Part shown: piece after piece, positions 62,557 through 64,000 of the stretch
Layout of the letters: every line of letters starts with the position of its first letter
Position numbering within the stretch: position 1 is the first letter of the stretch
From: Bacillota bacterium
Lineage (GTDB): Bacteria > Bacillota > Ch66 > Ch109
NCBI GenBank assembly: GCA_050952625.1
Contig: JBMNLH010000001.1
Coordinates: 128,001-192,000, forward strand
Length of the DNA: 64,000 nucleotides
Direction: 5' to 3'
Program-made: the position numbers and the translations under genes
The notes under the pieces: model-generated
What the model saw: the letters and a program-made list of their open reading frames with translations, nothing else
Databases searched by the model: none
Told to the model about the DNA's origin: nothing

Positions 62557-62923
62557 TTACCGTCACCGGAAATTCGTGCCTGGTAACTGGGAATACGATG
62601 AAAGTAAAACCAAACCGAAATAGATTGACCCCATCGCTCCTACATCAATATCCCAAACATAAACTTGGGACTTCGGAGCCGACAGGGCCATCTTTACAAG
62701 ATTATTATTTTACATCTTATTATAACCATAAGTGCAGCAGTTTTGGCAAGAGAAAATTCTAGAACTATTGGCTGTATAGGCTGTTATTTTGTAAAAAGGT
62801 TGTTTAAAGCTACTACTATGAGATAATTATGATAGTGGTTTTTTGGGGCGCTTGACGAAGCTAACGGCGATTATAGGAGAAGATTTATGCTAAACTGTAG
62901 TATTTGATTTATTATAAATTCTA

Positions 62924-63600
62924 ATGTTTTCGATAATTAATACTATGAAGACAAGGGGAAGCCTGATGAAGACTCTTATTTTAAAAATCAGTGAAATATA
63001 CAAACCTATATGTAAAATATTTATATATTTCTTGTTATTAGGTGGATTGCTCGTATTCTTAAGCGGCTGTGGCCAGGTAGAATCTGATGATGGGCAAGCT
63101 AATGCTAAACCGGTAATCGCCAAGACTTTACATAAGGAAACGATCAGGGACGAAATAATTTATCATTCTTTGCTGAAGCCAGATGAAGAAGTAGCGGTTG
63201 GTTTTGAGCTTGGGGGAAAAATCGCCCGGCTGAATTACAATGCAGGAGATGTCGTCACCATAGGGGAAACCCTGGCTTTGTTGGAAGATAATCAAATGCA
63301 GTTGAATATAACCCGGGCTGAATATCAGGTGGAAACCGCCCGCGCCAATTTAGAATTAGCGAATCTTAAATTGAAGGAAATCGAAGAGGATTACCAGCGG
63401 AAAAAGCATTTATATGAAAACGGAGCGATAGCGAAAAGTGTCTTAGAGAGTGTCGAGAACCAGTTGCAGAGCAGCCAAATCCAGGTCGAGCAGGCCCAAA
63501 CCCAGTTAAATACGGCCGAACTGGCCAAACAAGATAATTTGCTTTCCCACGCTAAAAGTATTCTCCGTTCCCCAATAAATGGGGTAGTAATCGATAAACT
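62924..63600 (+). pseudogene. RND efflux membrane-fusion (adaptor) lipoprotein, C-terminally truncated
   Basis: Lipobox LSGC, lipoyl half GGKIA..GD.V..GE.LA, coiled coil, LRSPINGVV then abrupt loss of similarity. Confidence 0.75.
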
Positions 63601-63602
63601 GG

Positions 63603-64000
63603 GCAACTGTCGCTTTGAGCATTATTCCCATTTATCGCCAATATATCGCGGAAAAGTATGCGATTTGGTCTAGCCGAACCGGCTACATAGGCCGGGTTTT
63701 AGACCAGACAGCTACTTATTATGCTGAAAAAATAGTTCCCTTCCTAATCAGGAAATCCAAAACAGTCGTCTTATTGATAATTTCCTTAAGTTTTTCTATT
63801 TATTTACTGATACCCTTCACCCCTTTAGAATTCTTCCCAGATACCGAAAGAGAAGAGATATTTATTGAAATGAAGCTGCCGGAAGGGACTACTATCGATA
63901 AAACTATGGTCCAAGCCAAACAACTTCAAGACTGGATTGTTAGCCAAGAGGAAGCAAGAGAAGTTAGTGCTTTTATTGGTACCCCCATGCCTCGGTTATT
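63603..64000 (+). pseudogene. Internal fragment of an AcrB/RND permease, runs off the window
   Basis: Another frame reads ATVALSIIP...LIPFTPLEFFPDTEREEIFIEMKLPEGTT..., typical of the RND TM6-TM7-PC1 region, with no start codon. Confidence 0.7.

Noticed and set aside
62544-62762. Fifth gene of the DUF499 operon
   Set aside because: 72 aa with no recognisable motif; cannot be supported.

Overview
A Firmicute (Clostridia-like, probably a spore-forming anaerobe) chromosomal segment. Left (1-15.5 kb): a type III-B (Cmr) CRISPR-Cas locus with an HD-less Cas10, two tandem Csx1-family CARF-HEPN effectors (the first with an extra C-terminal CARF-like domain) and cas6. There is no cas1/cas2. Two uncharacterised membrane-protein genes (a YdjM-like metallohydrolase and a YaaW-like protein) sit between cas6 and a 20-repeat array. 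Middle: a Nik/Opp-type ABC operon with a methyltransferase and a NikR-like operator, an orphan Moco/Tuco riboswitch, a LysM-deacetylase, a tRNA-Thr(CGT) with an integrase-less islet and a holin remnant, degS, an HD-GYP gene, a T-box ilvD-ilvBN-ilvC-leuA operon, and cdaA-cdaR-glmM-glmS with the glmS ribozyme. Right: an unannotated type I toxin-antitoxin candidate, a four-gene DUF499 / DUF3780-like / DUF1156 / PLD-SNF2 restriction-like defence operon, and a deletion-fused RND efflux remnant. Four apparent +1 frameshifts all fall at GGCC sites, which suggests methylation-linked sequencing error. All family assignments come from motif recognition by eye, not from database searches.
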